Positions 51,910 through 63,024 of a stretch of 64,000 nucleotides of DNA are shown piece after piece. Origin of the DNA: Thermoanaerobaculia bacterium (lineage in GTDB: Bacteria; Acidobacteriota; Thermoanaerobaculia; UBA5066); contig CAVRAY010000001.1 in the NCBI GenBank assembly GCA_963719225.1, positions 1,632,001-1,696,000 of the forward strand, given 5' to 3'. Each line of letters opens with the position of its first letter. Position 1 is the stretch's first letter. A model generated the notes under the pieces. It searched no databases. It was not told where the DNA came from and saw only the letters and a program-made list of their open reading frames with translations. Position numbers and translations under genes: made by a program.

Positions 51910-52591
51910 GCCGGCGCCGAGCGGAATTCTCTGTCGCGTCGAGCAGCTCTCGCGGACGTTTCGCACCGCGACACGCGAGATCCCCGCGCTGCGGAGCGTG
52001 AGCCTCACGATCCTCCGAGGCGCGCGAGTCGGGATCATGGGCCCGTCGGGTTCGGGCAAGTCGACGCTGCTCGGGATTCTCGGCTGTCTCGACCGCCCTT
52101 CCTCGGGCCGTTACGTTCTGGACGAACAGGACGTCTCCGGGCTCTCGGACGACGCGCTCTCCGATATCCGGGCGGAGACGGTGGGGTTCGTCTTCCAGAG
52201 CTTCAACCTGATCGGGGAGCTCGACGTCCTGGAGAACATCGGCCTCCCGCTCGAGTACCGTGGCGTCGGCCGCGCGGAAGCCCTTTCGCGTGCAAAGGAC
52301 GTCGCGACGCGGGTCGGCCTCGGAGACAGGCTCGACCACCTGCCGGGGCAACTCTCGGGGGGCGAGCAGCAACGCGTTGCGATCGCCCGGGCCTTCGTCG
52401 GCCGGCCGAGACTTCTTCTGGCCGACGAGCCCACCGGCAACCTCGACTCGGAGACGAGCGCGGAAATCATCGGTCTCCTCCTCGAGCTCAATCGCGAAGG
52501 CGTCGCCCTCGTCGTCGTGACGCACAACGAAGAGCTCTCGCCGATTTTCCAGAGCATCCTTCGGATCCGGGACGGGCGCCTTGTCGCCTAG
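51890..52591 (+). CDS. ABC transporter ATP-binding protein (MacB/LolD-like)
   Basis: [34 protein letters not shown]. Confidence 0.95.
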   Translation: MSSHGAEPAPSGILCRVEQLSRTFRTATREIPALRSVSLTILRGARVGIMGPSGSGKSTLLGILGCLDRPSSGRYVLDEQDVSGLSDDALSDIRAETVGFVFQSFNLIGELDVLENIGLPLEYRGVGRAEALSRAKDVATRVGLGDRLDHLPGQLSGGEQQRVAIARAFVGRPRLLLADEPTGNLDSETSAEIIGLLLELNREGVALVVVTHNEELSPIFQSILRIRDGRLVA

Positions 52592-53828
52592 GCTCGCCGC
52601 AGGTCCGGCGCTGCGGCTGGGGCTCCGGCAGATTCGTGCCCACCGGCTTCGCTCGGCGCTCTCGGCGCTCGGCGTTCTTCTCGGGGTCGCATCGGTCACG
52701 ATGGTCGTCGCCGTCGGAGAAGGCACGCGGCGGGACATTCAGGCCCGGTTCGCCGCTCTCGGAACCGATACGGTCATCGTCACGAGGCGGGAGCTCTCGA
52801 GGGAGGAAGGGAGCGCGGGCCGCCGTCTCCACGAAAAGGGCCTGGCCGTGCGCGACGCGCTCGATCTTCCGCTCGCCTGCGAGGGCGTCACTGACGCGGT
52901 GCCCGAGGTCGAGGTCGATGCGGAGCTGGCCGAAGGCCGCAGCCGGGGCGGGCTCAAGGTGCTGGGGACCACGCGAGCGGGACTCAGAATTCGAGGCGTG
53001 GTCGCCGTCCAGGGCCGCCTTTTCTCGGAGGAAGAGGAGGAGGCGGGTGCGCGGGTGGCGCTCGTCTCCGAATCGCTCTGGAACAGGCTCGGCGGGTCGA
53101 CTTCGCCCGGCGCCCCTCTGGTCCTCCGTTTGTCACACGCGCTCCTCGAGGTGGTGGGTGTTTTTCGCTCGGCAGGGTCGGTCCCCGAAGAACTCACGGC
53201 CGTACGGTCGTCGGCCCCGGAGATCCTGATCCCCGTGCGCGCGACGGCGGGACTCGGGGCGGCCGCGGACGGAATTCGCGGAATTCTCCTGACCCGGCTC
53301 CTCGTCAAGCTGCGATCCGACGACGCAGACCTTCGCGCCGCCGCCGCCGTGGAGGACGCGCTCCTTCTCGCCCACGGCGGGATTCGGGACTTCTCGGTCG
53401 TCTCGCCCGTGCGCCTCCTGCGCGAAAGAGAAAAGGCGAGCCGGAGCCTTCGCTCCATGCTCACCCTCACGGGTGGAATCTCCCTGGTCGTGGGCGGGAT
53501 CGGGATCCTCAACGTCATGCTGGCGAGCGTGAGTGAACGGCGCCGTGAGGTCGGGATCCACCGCGCCCTAGGTGCCCGGCGCCGGCAGGTCCTCCTCCTC
53601 TTCCTGACCGAGGCCGTTCTGCTGACGGTCCTGGGCGGAGCGGCGGGAATGGCGTCGGGAGCGCTCCTTTCGGTCCTGGCGGCGCGCGTCGCGGGGTTTC
53701 AGGCCGCGATCTCGCCCGCCGTTCTCGGCATCGGCTTCGTGACCTCGGTCGCCGTCGGCATCGCCGCAGGCCTCTATCCCGCGATTCGGGCCTCGTGGAT
53801 GGAGCCCATGGACGCGATCCGCGCCTGA
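52581..53828 (+). CDS. ABC transporter permease (MacB/FtsX-like)
   Basis: [39 protein letters not shown]. Confidence 0.93.
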   Translation: MSPRLAAGPALRLGLRQIRAHRLRSALSALGVLLGVASVTMVVAVGEGTRRDIQARFAALGTDTVIVTRRELSREEGSAGRRLHEKGLAVRDALDLPLACEGVTDAVPEVEVDAELAEGRSRGGLKVLGTTRAGLRIRGVVAVQGRLFSEEEEEAGARVALVSESLWNRLGGSTSPGAPLVLRLSHALLEVVGVFRSAGSVPEELTAVRSSAPEILIPVRATAGLGAAADGIRGILLTRLLVKLRSDDADLRAAAAVEDALLLAHGGIRDFSVVSPVRLLREREKASRSLRSMLTLTGGISLVVGGIGILNVMLASVSERRREVGIHRALGARRRQVLLLFLTEAVLLTVLGGAAGMASGALLSVLAARVAGFQAAISPAVLGIGFVTSVAVGIAAGLYPAIRASWMEPMDAIRA

Positions 53829-53937
53829 CGGCCGGGAGCTCGCGCTCCGATGGGTGCGACTAAAATGTCCCACGTTGGCGGACCGGACGCGCATTCTCTC
53901 GCGATGGGAGCCCTCCGGTCGTCTGGACCCGTGACGA

Positions 53938-55905
53938 ATGGATCACCCTGATTCGCCGGTCTTCGACGAGAAATTCGAGTTCCTCGGCAAGCTCGGCGAG
54001 GGCGGGATGGGCGCCATCTACAAGGTTCGCCACCGCCTGCTGAACCAGATCTTCGTCATCAAGATGATGACGCCCAAGTCGGAGGCGAGCCCCGAGCTTC
54101 AGAAACGGTTCCTTCGCGAGGCCCAGACCGCCACGCGCCTGAGGCATCCGAGCATCGTCTCCATCTTCGATTTCGCTCTTCGCGAGGACGGCTCGGCCTA
54201 CATGGTCATGGAGTACCTCGAGGGAGCGAACCTGGCGGACGCGTTGCGGCGCTGCGGCCCCATGCCCGTCCCGCTCATGCTTCTCGTCGCCGACCAGGTT
54301 CTCGCGGCGATGGGCTTCATGCACGAGAAAGGGGCGATCCACCGCGACATTGCGCCCGACAACATCATGCTCACGCGAGAGGAGGCGGGCTTCGTCCGGG
54401 CGAAGGTGATCGATCTCGGCATCGCGAAGATTCTCAACGCCGAAGAAGATCTGTCGGTCAAGAATGAATTCATCGGGAAGCTCCGGTACTCGTCTCCGGA
54501 GCAGCTCCAGCCGCGGAACCGCGCCGGAGTGATCAGCGGCCGGACGGACGTCTATTCGTTCGGCGCCGTCGCGTACGAGCTGATCACCGGCGTGAAAGCG
54601 ATGCGCGGAGACAACGTCCTCGCGCTGATTCATGCACATCAGACGGGCCAGATCGTTCCCTTCGACGAGAGCGATCCGCGGGGAAACGTGTCGCCGGAGC
54701 TCCGCGAGGTTCTTCTTCGGGCGATGTCGGTGAACCCCGATGATCGTTTCGCGACCGCCGAGGAGTTCCGGCACGCGCTCACGTCGATGCTCGAGGGAAA
54801 CCCCCTCGAGGACCCGGCTGCTCGCTCCTACATCCAGGCAGCCCTTTCCCTCTCACCCGACGATTACCTTCTCGTCGAGGGGAGCCCCCGTTTCGGGAGC
54901 GGCGCCCCTACGGGCGCGACGCGACCCCGCTCGCCGGCGAGCGATTCCGCCTCCAGGGCCGTGACCCGGCCAGCCCCTTCCGATGAGCTCGAGCCGACGA
55001 AGAGCACGTCCCCCCTCTCGGCACCGCCAGCGCACGACGCGCGGCTCCAAATCTCCTCTCACGCGCCGCCGGCGAAACGGTCCTGGCTCGCGATCCTCGC
55101 GCTCGTGGGTGGGGTCGTCGTCATTGCGGGAGCGCTGGTGGCGCTCTGGCCAGGCCGATCACGGCCGCCGACGCGCTCGCGAGACGAGACGCTCGCCCGG
55201 CTGCCAGAGCCGCCGCCCGCCCTGCCGACTCCCGTCGCGACGGCGGCAAGACCCTCGAGCACACCCGTTCCCGTCGCGACCCCGGCGCCTCGCCCGACCT
55301 CGACATCTGCACCGGCGCCTACGCGCGCTGTGATGCCGGACCGCAGGCCGACGCTCGTTGCTCAGGTCTTCAAGACTCACCGGCCGGAAAACCTGCGGCC
55401 GTTGGAAAGAACCACCCCTTCTGCCGTGTCTGCCGGAGATCAGCTCCTTCCGGCGAACACGCGCTTCTGTCCGCTCCTCGACGCGACGTATTACCAGCAG
55501 GGGATCGTGAAAGAGAAGCCGAAGGGTTTCGCTTCCGAGTCAGGCGAGTTCTTCCGGCGCGCCCGGGACGACGCGGGCCGGATCCAGATCCGGCTGTCGG
55601 TATCGCCAAAACAGCCCGCGGACGGAGACTTCTTCCAGATCGTCGGCGACGTCGTGAACGGCGGCGATCTCGGCCTGGTCATCGAGCGCGTCGAGGAGTC
55701 GTCGGTTTCAGCGGCCGAGGGCTACCAGAAGGTCTCGGGCTTGAGTCTCCCCCTCGAGATCCCGAGTGGGGGAGCGGCTCGGATCTACACCTATCGCGGC
55801 ATCATCTCCGGGCGAAGCCCGTTCGTGAAGGAGCTGCGGATCGTGGATTCGCGAGCCGATTCCTGGAAGACCGCAATACGATTTCGGGCTTGTCCAGCGC
55901 CCTGA
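53938..55905 (+). CDS. Membrane-anchored Ser/Thr protein kinase
   Basis: GEGGMG, HRDIAPDN, DLG, YSSPEQ; TM helix, Pro-rich linker, C-terminal beta domain. Confidence 0.9.
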   Translation: MDHPDSPVFDEKFEFLGKLGEGGMGAIYKVRHRLLNQIFVIKMMTPKSEASPELQKRFLREAQTATRLRHPSIVSIFDFALREDGSAYMVMEYLEGANLADALRRCGPMPVPLMLLVADQVLAAMGFMHEKGAIHRDIAPDNIMLTREEAGFVRAKVIDLGIAKILNAEEDLSVKNEFIGKLRYSSPEQLQPRNRAGVISGRTDVYSFGAVAYELITGVKAMRGDNVLALIHAHQTGQIVPFDESDPRGNVSPELREVLLRAMSVNPDDRFATAEEFRHALTSMLEGNPLEDPAARSYIQAALSLSPDDYLLVEGSPRFGSGAPTGATRPRSPASDSASRAVTRPAPSDELEPTKSTSPLSAPPAHDARLQISSHAPPAKRSWLAILALVGGVVVIAGALVALWPGRSRPPTRSRDETLARLPEPPPALPTPVATAARPSSTPVPVATPAPRPTSTSAPAPTRAVMPDRRPTLVAQVFKTHRPENLRPLERTTPSAVSAGDQLLPANTRFCPLLDATYYQQGIVKEKPKGFASESGEFFRRARDDAGRIQIRLSVSPKQPADGDFFQIVGDVVNGGDLGLVIERVEESSVSAAEGYQKVSGLSLPLEIPSGGAARIYTYRGIISGRSPFVKELRIVDSRADSWKTAIRFRACPAP

Positions 55906-55946
55906 AAAGAGCGCAATAATGGAGGCTGGGCCAGAAAGGACGAAGA

Positions 55947-57410
55947 GTGAGAACCCGCCAGCCGAAGCCTCTTTCCCTTTTCACGGTCGGCACGTTCGGT
56001 GTGCTTTCTCTTGCCCCCGTGCCGGCAGACGCACAAGCCCCGACCGCGAGCCGGCTGAAGATCGCTCACGCGCCGCTGGAGTGCATCACCACTCAGGCGC
56101 TCCCGGTCGTGGAGGCCGCCGTGGCGCCGGAACCGGACCTCTCCATCGGAAAGGTCTACTTCCGGGCAGCGCAGGCGGGCCCGGATTACTACTACGTCGT
56201 GCTGAAAGGACCGCCAAAGCAGCTGGCGGGATTCATGCCGAGGCCGGATCCGGCGACCAAGGTCGTCGATTACTACGTCGAAGCCGCAGACAAGGCGAGC
56301 CTGAGGCGCCGCACGCCCGGCTATGCGCCGAAGGTCGTCGAAGACACGAAGTGCGAGCGGCGAAGGATGGCGGCCCCGATTCCGCTGGCGGGCGCGGGGC
56401 TGACGATCGGCCTCACCCGGGCCGGTCAGACGCCGTACCCTCCCGGCTTCAACAAGGCGGACATCGCAAAGGTCATTCTCGTGACCGGCGCCATCGTCGA
56501 GGCGGCGGCCGCCGCGAGCGGGGCAACGACCGCTGGCGTTGCCGCTCCTGCAACGGCTGCAGCGGCACCTGGGACGACCGGTACGAACGCCGGTGAGGCA
56601 GCCGGGCCGCCGGCCCCGCCGCCCCCTCCGCCCCCGCCCTCGGGAGGGATCAGCACCGGCCTCCTCGTGGGAGGCGGCGCGGCGATCGTGGCCGGCGTCG
56701 TCATCGCGGCCGGATCCTCGGGCGGATCATCCGGATCGTCGGCGACCTCCACCCCGACGAGCGCGCCGACACAAACGCCTACGCTGACTCCGACGCAGAC
56801 GCCGACGTTTTCGGCGACCTCACCAGGGGCCACCCCGACGAGAACGCCGACGACGACGCCGACCGTGGCGCCGACAAACACGCCGACGAGGACGCCGACG
56901 GCGGCGCTGACCGCGACGCCTACGGCGACTCCGACGCCGACGTCGACGCCGCTGCTGACCGCGACGCCGACGCGGACGCCCACGGCCACGCCGACTCCGA
57001 CCCCGACTCCGACGCGGACCCCCACGTGGACTCCCAGCGTGACGCCGACGAACACACCGGCTCCCGCCCCTCTCGTGTTCCGGGTGTCGTGGAGCGTCAA
57101 CACCGGCTGTCGAGACCTCAACCTTCAGGTCTTCGATCCCTTTGGGGGGCTCCTCGTCCCGACGACGAACGTCAACCAGAACTGCGTGAGCTGCGTACCG
57201 AGCCCGTTCGAGGAGGTCACCATCTCGAAGCCCGTCTCCGGAGGCACCTATCGCTACGTGGCCATGGACGTCTCCGCGCCGACGTGCAACTGCAGGGCCG
57301 GCTCGATCCCGTCTCAGTTCACCGTGTACAAGTCGGGCCTCATCGTTCAAACGTTCACGTCGGCTTCATCCTGCGGTACGACCACGGAGGGCTTCTCTTA
57401 CACTTATTGA
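55947..57410 (+). CDS. Secreted or surface Pro/Thr-rich protein with Cys-rich C-terminal domain
   Basis: Signal peptide, internal Gly/hydrophobic segment, ~100-aa (T/A/R)-T-P-T linker, VSW...DLNLQV.DP domain with several Cys. Confidence 0.8.
   Translation: MRTRQPKPLSLFTVGTFGVLSLAPVPADAQAPTASRLKIAHAPLECITTQALPVVEAAVAPEPDLSIGKVYFRAAQAGPDYYYVVLKGPPKQLAGFMPRPDPATKVVDYYVEAADKASLRRRTPGYAPKVVEDTKCERRRMAAPIPLAGAGLTIGLTRAGQTPYPPGFNKADIAKVILVTGAIVEAAAAASGATTAGVAAPATAAAAPGTTGTNAGEAAGPPAPPPPPPPPSGGISTGLLVGGGAAIVAGVVIAAGSSGGSSGSSATSTPTSAPTQTPTLTPTQTPTFSATSPGATPTRTPTTTPTVAPTNTPTRTPTAALTATPTATPTPTSTPLLTATPTRTPTATPTPTPTPTRTPTWTPSVTPTNTPAPAPLVFRVSWSVNTGCRDLNLQVFDPFGGLLVPTTNVNQNCVSCVPSPFEEVTISKPVSGGTYRYVAMDVSAPTCNCRAGSIPSQFTVYKSGLIVQTFTSASSCGTTTEGFSYTY
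56750..57060 (+). repeat. Coding low-complexity repeat (ACGCCGACG-like units, PT linker)
   Basis: Imperfect 6/12-bp periodicity encoding TPT repeats. Confidence 0.8.
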
Positions 57411-57467
57411 GGGCCAGCGAGCGGGTGTGGAACAGGGATTTGCTTCTCACATGCCGGATTCGACAGA

Positions 57468-57836
57468 ATGGCCGTCGTGAAGAAGAAGAAGCCGGACGTC
57501 GGGGACTCCGCGACGAAGGAACACCGAAAGGGAAACCGGGCCAAGGCGGTCATCCCCATCGGGGTCCGCGTCGGAGGGCGGCCGCTGACCGCGGGCTGCA
57601 CGCTCAACGTGGGCGAGGGCGGCGCGCTTCTCATCTGCTCGGAAGACTTCGAGATCGGTACGGAGATGCAGGTCACGAACCTCAAGTCGGACGAGTTCTT
57701 CACCTGCCGGGTGGTGCGGCGCGCCGGCTTCCACGAATCGGGCCGGTTCGGCCTCGGCGTGGAGATCCTGAACGCCGACGGGGAGGCCGCCGACGCCCCC
57801 TCGTCTCACGAGCGAGGCAGGAAGAAGCGCCCCTAG
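57468..57836 (+). CDS. PilZ-domain protein
   Basis: RKGNR (RxxxR), NVGEGG (D/NxSxxG-like), CRVVR, GLGVEI. Confidence 0.8.
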   Translation: MAVVKKKKPDVGDSATKEHRKGNRAKAVIPIGVRVGGRPLTAGCTLNVGEGGALLICSEDFEIGTEMQVTNLKSDEFFTCRVVRRAGFHESGRFGLGVEILNADGEAADAPSSHERGRKKRP

Positions 57837-57863
57837 CCGCCCGATGGTCCGCGGGTCGGCACT

Positions 57864-59051
57864 TCAGGGGCGGACGGCCTTCGCCCGCGTTTTTTCCAGA
57901 AGCTTGACCTTCACGCGTTCCGCGTTCGCCTTGAAGACGCCGGCATTCGGGTCGCCGCGCTTTTCGCCGAGCTCTTCCGCCTTCTGGTAGCTCCGGAGCG
58001 CGTCTTCGAGCGCCCCGCTCCTCTCGAGCGCCTCGCCGAGGCTGTCGTGGACGTTCGCCGATTCGGGGTACGTCGCGGCGTTGTACCGGAAGAAGGTGAG
58101 CGCGAGGGGGATGTTCTGTCCGAGCGCCTGGTAACCGAGGCGGTTCATGGTGATCTCGGGCGGGGAGATGGTCCAGCCGAGACGCTCGCTGAGATCCGCG
58201 TACCGCTTCTTGACTTCGTCCAGCGTACCCACGATCCGCTCTGTCTCCGGGTTCACGGGCAGGGCCCAGCCCTCGAAGATCATCCGGAGCGCGGCGTAGT
58301 GGCTCCTCAAGACGACCGAGCCGTGGTTCTCGTCGGGATAGATCGCGCTGGCCCAGCGCAGCCCCTTCGACCTGGTTTTTCCGAGCGCGGACGAGAGCTG
58401 TCGGAGACCGTCCTTGAGGGCGGCCCCTTCGTCTCCGAGGGTGAAGAAGAGAGCGCGTGTCTTCACGCCGTCCCCCGAGAGGAACGGCGTCAGGAGCTTG
58501 AGCTCCTTGCCTCCGTCCCAGATGAGCCAGGGGCTGACCGCGATCACGGCCTGGAAGAGGCCAGGCCTGGCGCGCATCGAATGGAGCGCGAAGAGGCCGC
58601 CGGCCGAGTGTCCCGCGAAGATCCGGAAGGGGGCCGTGCGGTATCCGGCCTCGACGAACGGAATGAGCTCCTTCTCGAAGAAATCCAGGAACCGGTCCGC
58701 GCCTCCGCTCGTCGCGGAGCTCGGGTCGTGCGAAGGCGAGAGGTCGCGCGTGCGGTCGGTGTTCGTCACGCCCACGACGATCACGTCGGGCACGACGCCG
58801 GCTCGCGCGAGGAACCGGGCCGTCGCGCTCGTGTGCTCGAATTGCGCCTCGGCGTCGGTCAAGTAGAGGACGGGATAGACGCGGGTCGTGCGCGCGTAGC
58901 CGTCGGGCAGCGAAACGAAGACGGTTCGCTCCTCACCCATCACCTTGGAGGGAAACGGAAGGCGCTCGCCCCGCACGAGGGGAGTCCCCGCATGCGAGAC
59001 GGAAGCCGCGAAGACAGGGACGAGAACGAATTGGAGCAGGCGACGGCTCAT
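57864..59051 (-). CDS. Secreted alpha/beta-hydrolase (IroE/esterase-like) with TPR tail
   Basis: YPVLYLTD, RTRDLSP, GHSAGG nucleophile elbow, ENHGS; C-terminal TPR. Confidence 0.88.
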   Translation of the reverse strand: MSRRLLQFVLVPVFAASVSHAGTPLVRGERLPFPSKVMGEERTVFVSLPDGYARTTRVYPVLYLTDAEAQFEHTSATARFLARAGVVPDVIVVGVTNTDRTRDLSPSHDPSSATSGGADRFLDFFEKELIPFVEAGYRTAPFRIFAGHSAGGLFALHSMRARPGLFQAVIAVSPWLIWDGGKELKLLTPFLSGDGVKTRALFFTLGDEGAALKDGLRQLSSALGKTRSKGLRWASAIYPDENHGSVVLRSHYAALRMIFEGWALPVNPETERIVGTLDEVKKRYADLSERLGWTISPPEITMNRLGYQALGQNIPLALTFFRYNAATYPESANVHDSLGEALERSGALEDALRSYQKAEELGEKRGDPNAGVFKANAERVKVKLLEKTRAKAVRP

Positions 59052-59120
59052 TTCCAGCCTCCGGCGTCGGGGGGTGATACGCCCCGCGCAAGCGGAAGTT
59101 GCCGCCCCCGAAGGGCCGGA

Positions 59121-59348
59121 TCAGCCCGCCTTCTCGGCCTTCACGTGGACGAGGTGGATCACCTTGCTCGCGCGTACTGCCGCGGTCGTGCCGAGCGGCA
59201 GGAAATCGTCTTCCTGGCGCGCGACGTACTTCGCGAACCCGTCGGTCACCTCGGCGACGTCGTCGAGCTCGTGGAACATCCCGAACTCGAGCGTTTCCGG
59301 CAGGCCCTCCACCGTGAGCCGAAAGGTGTGCAGGTAGTTGTGTTCCAT
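59121..59348 (-). CDS. Hypothetical protein, 75 aa
   Basis: GGAGG RBS; MEHNYLHTFRLTVEG...; coding-like codon use. Confidence 0.65.
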   Translation of the reverse strand: MEHNYLHTFRLTVEGLPETLEFGMFHELDDVAEVTDGFAKYVARQEDDFLPLGTTAAVRASKVIHLVHVKAEKAG

Positions 59349-59368
59349 GAGGGGCCCTCCACCGTCGA

Positions 59369-61045
59369 TTGTCGCGCAGGACGCGATCCGGAGGCGGCGT
59401 CGTATCGTTACGGCGCTTGAAAGAGTCGTCAGGTTCCCTCCGGATCCCGCTCCTCCTCGCGGCGGCGGCGGCCGTGCTTTACCTCGTCGCCGCGGCCGGG
59501 CGCGATTTCTGGGCGCCCGACGAGCCCGATTTCGCCGAGCACGTGAGGGAGATGCTCGAGAGGAGAAGCCTCCTCCTGCCCTACCAGAACGGGAAGCCCT
59601 ATTCGGAGAAGCCGATCTTCTTCTACTGGGCGGTCGCGGCGACGACGCCGCTCTCGGGCGGCGACGTGAAACCGCTTGCGACACGCCTGCCTTCCGTCCT
59701 CGCGGGCGCGACGCTCGTCTTTTGCGCGGCCTCTTTTGCCGGCCGGCGCGGGGGAGATCGGGAGGCCCTCGTCGCGGGCGCGGCAACCGCGGTCGCGCCG
59801 ATCGTCTTCTGGCAGTCGCAGTTTCTGCAGGTGGATGCGCTCTTTTCCTGTTTTCTGATGCTCGCGCTTGTTTCGGTGTTTTTCTTAGAAGGTGAAGAGG
59901 GACGGCCCCGGGCGACGGGTTGGCTCTGGGCGCTGCGGGTGGCGCTCGCAGCGGCGGTCCTGACCAAGGGCCCGCTCGCGATCGTCATCCTGGGTCTGGT
60001 CGTCCTCGCCCGTTGCACGATGGCGAGGTCTTTGCGCCTGCTTGGCCGGCTGCAACCCTTTCGAAGCATCCTCGTCTTTCTTCTCCTGGTCGTCCCCTGG
60101 TACTTCTTCGCCGCGCGGGCCGGCGGGCCGGCCTATGCCTACGACCTGGTCGTGAACCAGAACTGGAACCGATTCTTCCGGGCGTTCGATCACATCCAGC
60201 CGTGGTGGTTCTATTGCGAGAGCATCTGGGGGGACTTCTTCCCGTGGACGGCATTGGCGCTCGCGGCGCCCTTCCTCCTCTCGCGCGCGGGCGTGCTTCG
60301 CGAAAGACCCGATCTGCGGTTCGCGACGACGGCCGTCGCCGTGACGTTCGTGTTCCTTTCGCTGTCCGGGTCCAAACAGGGGAAATACCTGCTCGCCGCA
60401 TACCCGTTCGCGGCGGTGATCGTCGCGGCTCTCGCGGGAGAGGCGGAGCGCAGGGCCCAGGCGGGGAAAAGCGGCCTTCTGCGGGTCGTGCGCGGCTGGG
60501 TCGCGTTCGCGGCGGTCCTTCTCTTCCTCGCGGCGGTGGCTCTCGCGCCGGTCATCCGGCGGCTCGCCCCCGAGCAGTTCGGCCTCGTGCCCTTCGGCGC
60601 TATCCCGATCGGCCTCGGCGCCGCCGCGACGATCGCCGTCCTCGTCTGGCGAAAACGCGAAGCGGTTGCCGGACTGCTCGCTCTCGCGGCGACCCTCGCG
60701 GCGGGGGAGGTCGTGGCGGGCGCCGTCGTCTTCCCGGCCATCGACACGCTGAAGACCGGAAGGCCCTTTTACGAACGCCTCCGGCCGCGCGTCTCTCACG
60801 GCGAGCCGCTCGCATACTTCGGCGGAACGTATCGCTGCTATCCCATCCTCGTGCTGAGGCGGAAGACCGAGCACTTCCGGGACGACGTCGCGCTCGCCCA
60901 GTGGCTCGAGAAGACTCCCGGAGGACTCGTCCTCGCCGACGAAAGCGAGCGTCAGCACTGGACGGACGCGCGCCTTTCCCGGCTCGTCGTCCTCGACCGG
61001 CAGCGCGTGGGCAGCGACGAGGCTCTCCTCCTGGGCAGGCCATGA
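59369..61045 (+). CDS. ArnT/PMT-like glycosyltransferase (GT-C fold)
   Basis: APDEPDFA, YSEKP, RLPS, LTKGP, PWY, H.QPWWFY, KQGKYLL; many TM segments. Confidence 0.9.
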   Translation: MSRRTRSGGGVVSLRRLKESSGSLRIPLLLAAAAAVLYLVAAAGRDFWAPDEPDFAEHVREMLERRSLLLPYQNGKPYSEKPIFFYWAVAATTPLSGGDVKPLATRLPSVLAGATLVFCAASFAGRRGGDREALVAGAATAVAPIVFWQSQFLQVDALFSCFLMLALVSVFFLEGEEGRPRATGWLWALRVALAAAVLTKGPLAIVILGLVVLARCTMARSLRLLGRLQPFRSILVFLLLVVPWYFFAARAGGPAYAYDLVVNQNWNRFFRAFDHIQPWWFYCESIWGDFFPWTALALAAPFLLSRAGVLRERPDLRFATTAVAVTFVFLSLSGSKQGKYLLAAYPFAAVIVAALAGEAERRAQAGKSGLLRVVRGWVAFAAVLLFLAAVALAPVIRRLAPEQFGLVPFGAIPIGLGAAATIAVLVWRKREAVAGLLALAATLAAGEVVAGAVVFPAIDTLKTGRPFYERLRPRVSHGEPLAYFGGTYRCYPILVLRRKTEHFRDDVALAQWLEKTPGGLVLADESERQHWTDARLSRLVVLDRQRVGSDEALLLGRP

Positions 61046-61755
61046 CGTCCCTCCGCGACTTCCTCGCTTTCGAGACAGATCCGGACCGCCACCCCGGCCG
61101 TCACGAGGTCGTGAACGCGACGCTCGAGCGCGGAAGCGAGCGGATCCCGGTCGTCGTCAAGAAGGTGCGGCTCGACCTCCGGCAGCGAATGACGACGCCG
61201 AAGGCCATGCGCTCCTTCGCGACGGCCCGTGCCCTTCTGGCCCGCGCGCTCGACACGCCTGAGCCCCTGGCCGCCGAGGTCGTGGGAGACGAAAGCTGGT
61301 ACGTGGCACGCCGGCTCGAGGGAGCGTCGCAGATCCGCGCCTGGTTCCTGCATCGCGACGACCCGAGGCGCCCCTCCCCGCCGTTGCCGTTTTCGTTCGA
61401 GGAGGTCGTCGCGGCCCTCGGAAGGCTCGGGCGGCGGATGCACGACGCGGGCGTGTTCTTTCGGGACTTCTCCGACGGAAACGTTCTCGTGACGAGCGAC
61501 GCCGGCCGCCTCCGGCTGTGGCTCGTGGACCTGAACCGCGCCCGGGTCGGCGAGGCTCCCGTCGCGCCTCTCTCGCGGTATCGGGACCTCGCGCGTCCGG
61601 GTCTGAACCGGCTCGAGGATCTCAACCTCCTTCTTTCCAGCTACTTCCTGCCCGAACCGCCTCCGTCGCGAGCGGTCCTCGCGGTACGCTGGCTCCGGCG
61701 AAGGGTCGTTTTGTGGGACGATTTCAAGGCCTTTGCGAGACCCTGGAGACGATGA
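61042..61755 (+). CDS. Kdo/LPS kinase (InaA/WaaP)-like protein
   Basis: TPEPLA, MHDAGVFFRDFSDGNVL, LVDLNR. Confidence 0.8.
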   Translation: MTSLRDFLAFETDPDRHPGRHEVVNATLERGSERIPVVVKKVRLDLRQRMTTPKAMRSFATARALLARALDTPEPLAAEVVGDESWYVARRLEGASQIRAWFLHRDDPRRPSPPLPFSFEEVVAALGRLGRRMHDAGVFFRDFSDGNVLVTSDAGRLRLWLVDLNRARVGEAPVAPLSRYRDLARPGLNRLEDLNLLLSSYFLPEPPPSRAVLAVRWLRRRVVLWDDFKAFARPWRR

Positions 61756-61909
61756 AGGCTCGCGCGCATGCCGTAAACCGCGGGAGAGGAAAGTGCGTCC
61801 AATCGGCGTGAGCGGAACCGCGCTGGCCCCGGTCCTGACTTTTCCCCGTGGAATCGGAGACGAAAGGCACGCTCGCCATGACACTTCCGGAAGACAGGCG
61901 GCGGGATCC

Positions 61910-62509
61910 GTGAGCCTCGACGAACGCGCGGCCAAGAGGGAGCGCGAGGCCAAGATCCTCACGCGCGTCGTCGCGGGGGACGTGGACGCCTTCGAGTATT
62001 TCGTCGTCACGTACCAGAAGCGGATCACGCGCTTCGTCTACACCCTTCTTCGCGATCCGGCCGACGCCGACGGGATCACGCAGGACATCTTCGTGAAGGC
62101 GTTTCGCGCCCTTCCCGAGTTCCAGGGACAATCGGCTTTCGAGACGTGGCTCACGCGCATCGCGATCAACGCCGTGCGCGACCACATCCGCCGCCGGAAG
62201 CCGGTCTTGCACTTCTCGGAGCTGCGGACCGACCCGGACGACGACGGCCCCGAGCTCCCGGCCGGGTTCGATCCGGCCGACGGCACGTCGCCCGAGCGCG
62301 ACCTCCTGTCCCGCGACATCCGCCGCCGGATCGCCGAGGCGCTCGTCTCTCTCTCGCCGCGCCAGCGATCGGTGTTCGTCATGAAACACTACGAAGAAAA
62401 GTCTATCGCCGAGATCGGGGAAGTCACCGGCCTCGACGAGGGCACGATCAAGTCGCACCTTTTTCGCGCAGCCCGCAAGCTGCGCGAGCGCCTGGAGGAC
62501 CTCCGATGA
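61910..62509 (+). CDS. ECF RNA polymerase sigma factor
   Basis: GDVDAF, QDIFVKAF, FETWLTRIAIN, LSPRQR, GTIKSHLFRA. Confidence 0.93.
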   Translation: MSLDERAAKREREAKILTRVVAGDVDAFEYFVVTYQKRITRFVYTLLRDPADADGITQDIFVKAFRALPEFQGQSAFETWLTRIAINAVRDHIRRRKPVLHFSELRTDPDDDGPELPAGFDPADGTSPERDLLSRDIRRRIAEALVSLSPRQRSVFVMKHYEEKSIAEIGEVTGLDEGTIKSHLFRAARKLRERLEDLR

Positions 62510-63024
62510 ACCCGAGCCGCCACCTCACCCCCGACGAGATCGTCGACCACGTCTTCCCGGTCAACGCCCGCGCCGGCGCCGACTCCGGGCACCTCGCGAC
62601 GTGCGCGGCCTGCCGGGATCGCGTCGCCGCGCTGCACGACGCGTGGCTCCTCGACCGCGGTGCCGTGAGCGGGGCCGTCGACGACCTGCCCTCCGGCTTC
62701 TGGGAGAGTCAGACCGCGGCGACGATGTCGGCCGTACGCGCCCTCCCCGTCCATTCCGCCGTGAACGAGGTCGGCGTCTTCCCGTCGCGGATGCGCGGCA
62801 TCCTGAGGCATCCGGCCCTCGCTTTCTCGAGCCTCGCCGCGGCCTTGCTCCTCGTCGGCGGGCTTTCACTCCTGCGCTCCGGCTCGACGACGCCTCCCGT
62901 GATGACGGCGGCCGCGACTCCTGCCGCCGTGAACGACGCCTCCGACGACGAGCTGCTCGTCTCGGTCGACCGTGCGCTCGAGGACTCTTCGCTCGCTGGC
63001 CTGGTCGTGGAAGAGACGTTGTGA
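62506..63024 (+). CDS. Zinc-binding anti-sigma factor
   Basis: HLATCAAC (HxxxCxxC), TM helix; ATGA-coupled to the sigma gene. Confidence 0.8.
   Translation: MNPSRHLTPDEIVDHVFPVNARAGADSGHLATCAACRDRVAALHDAWLLDRGAVSGAVDDLPSGFWESQTAATMSAVRALPVHSAVNEVGVFPSRMRGILRHPALAFSSLAAALLLVGGLSLLRSGSTTPPVMTAAATPAAVNDASDDELLVSVDRALEDSSLAGLVVEETL

Noticed and set aside
56750-57060. Possible CRISPR or non-coding tandem array
   Set aside because: Short imperfect units without spacers, in frame as a PT linker; no cas genes in the window
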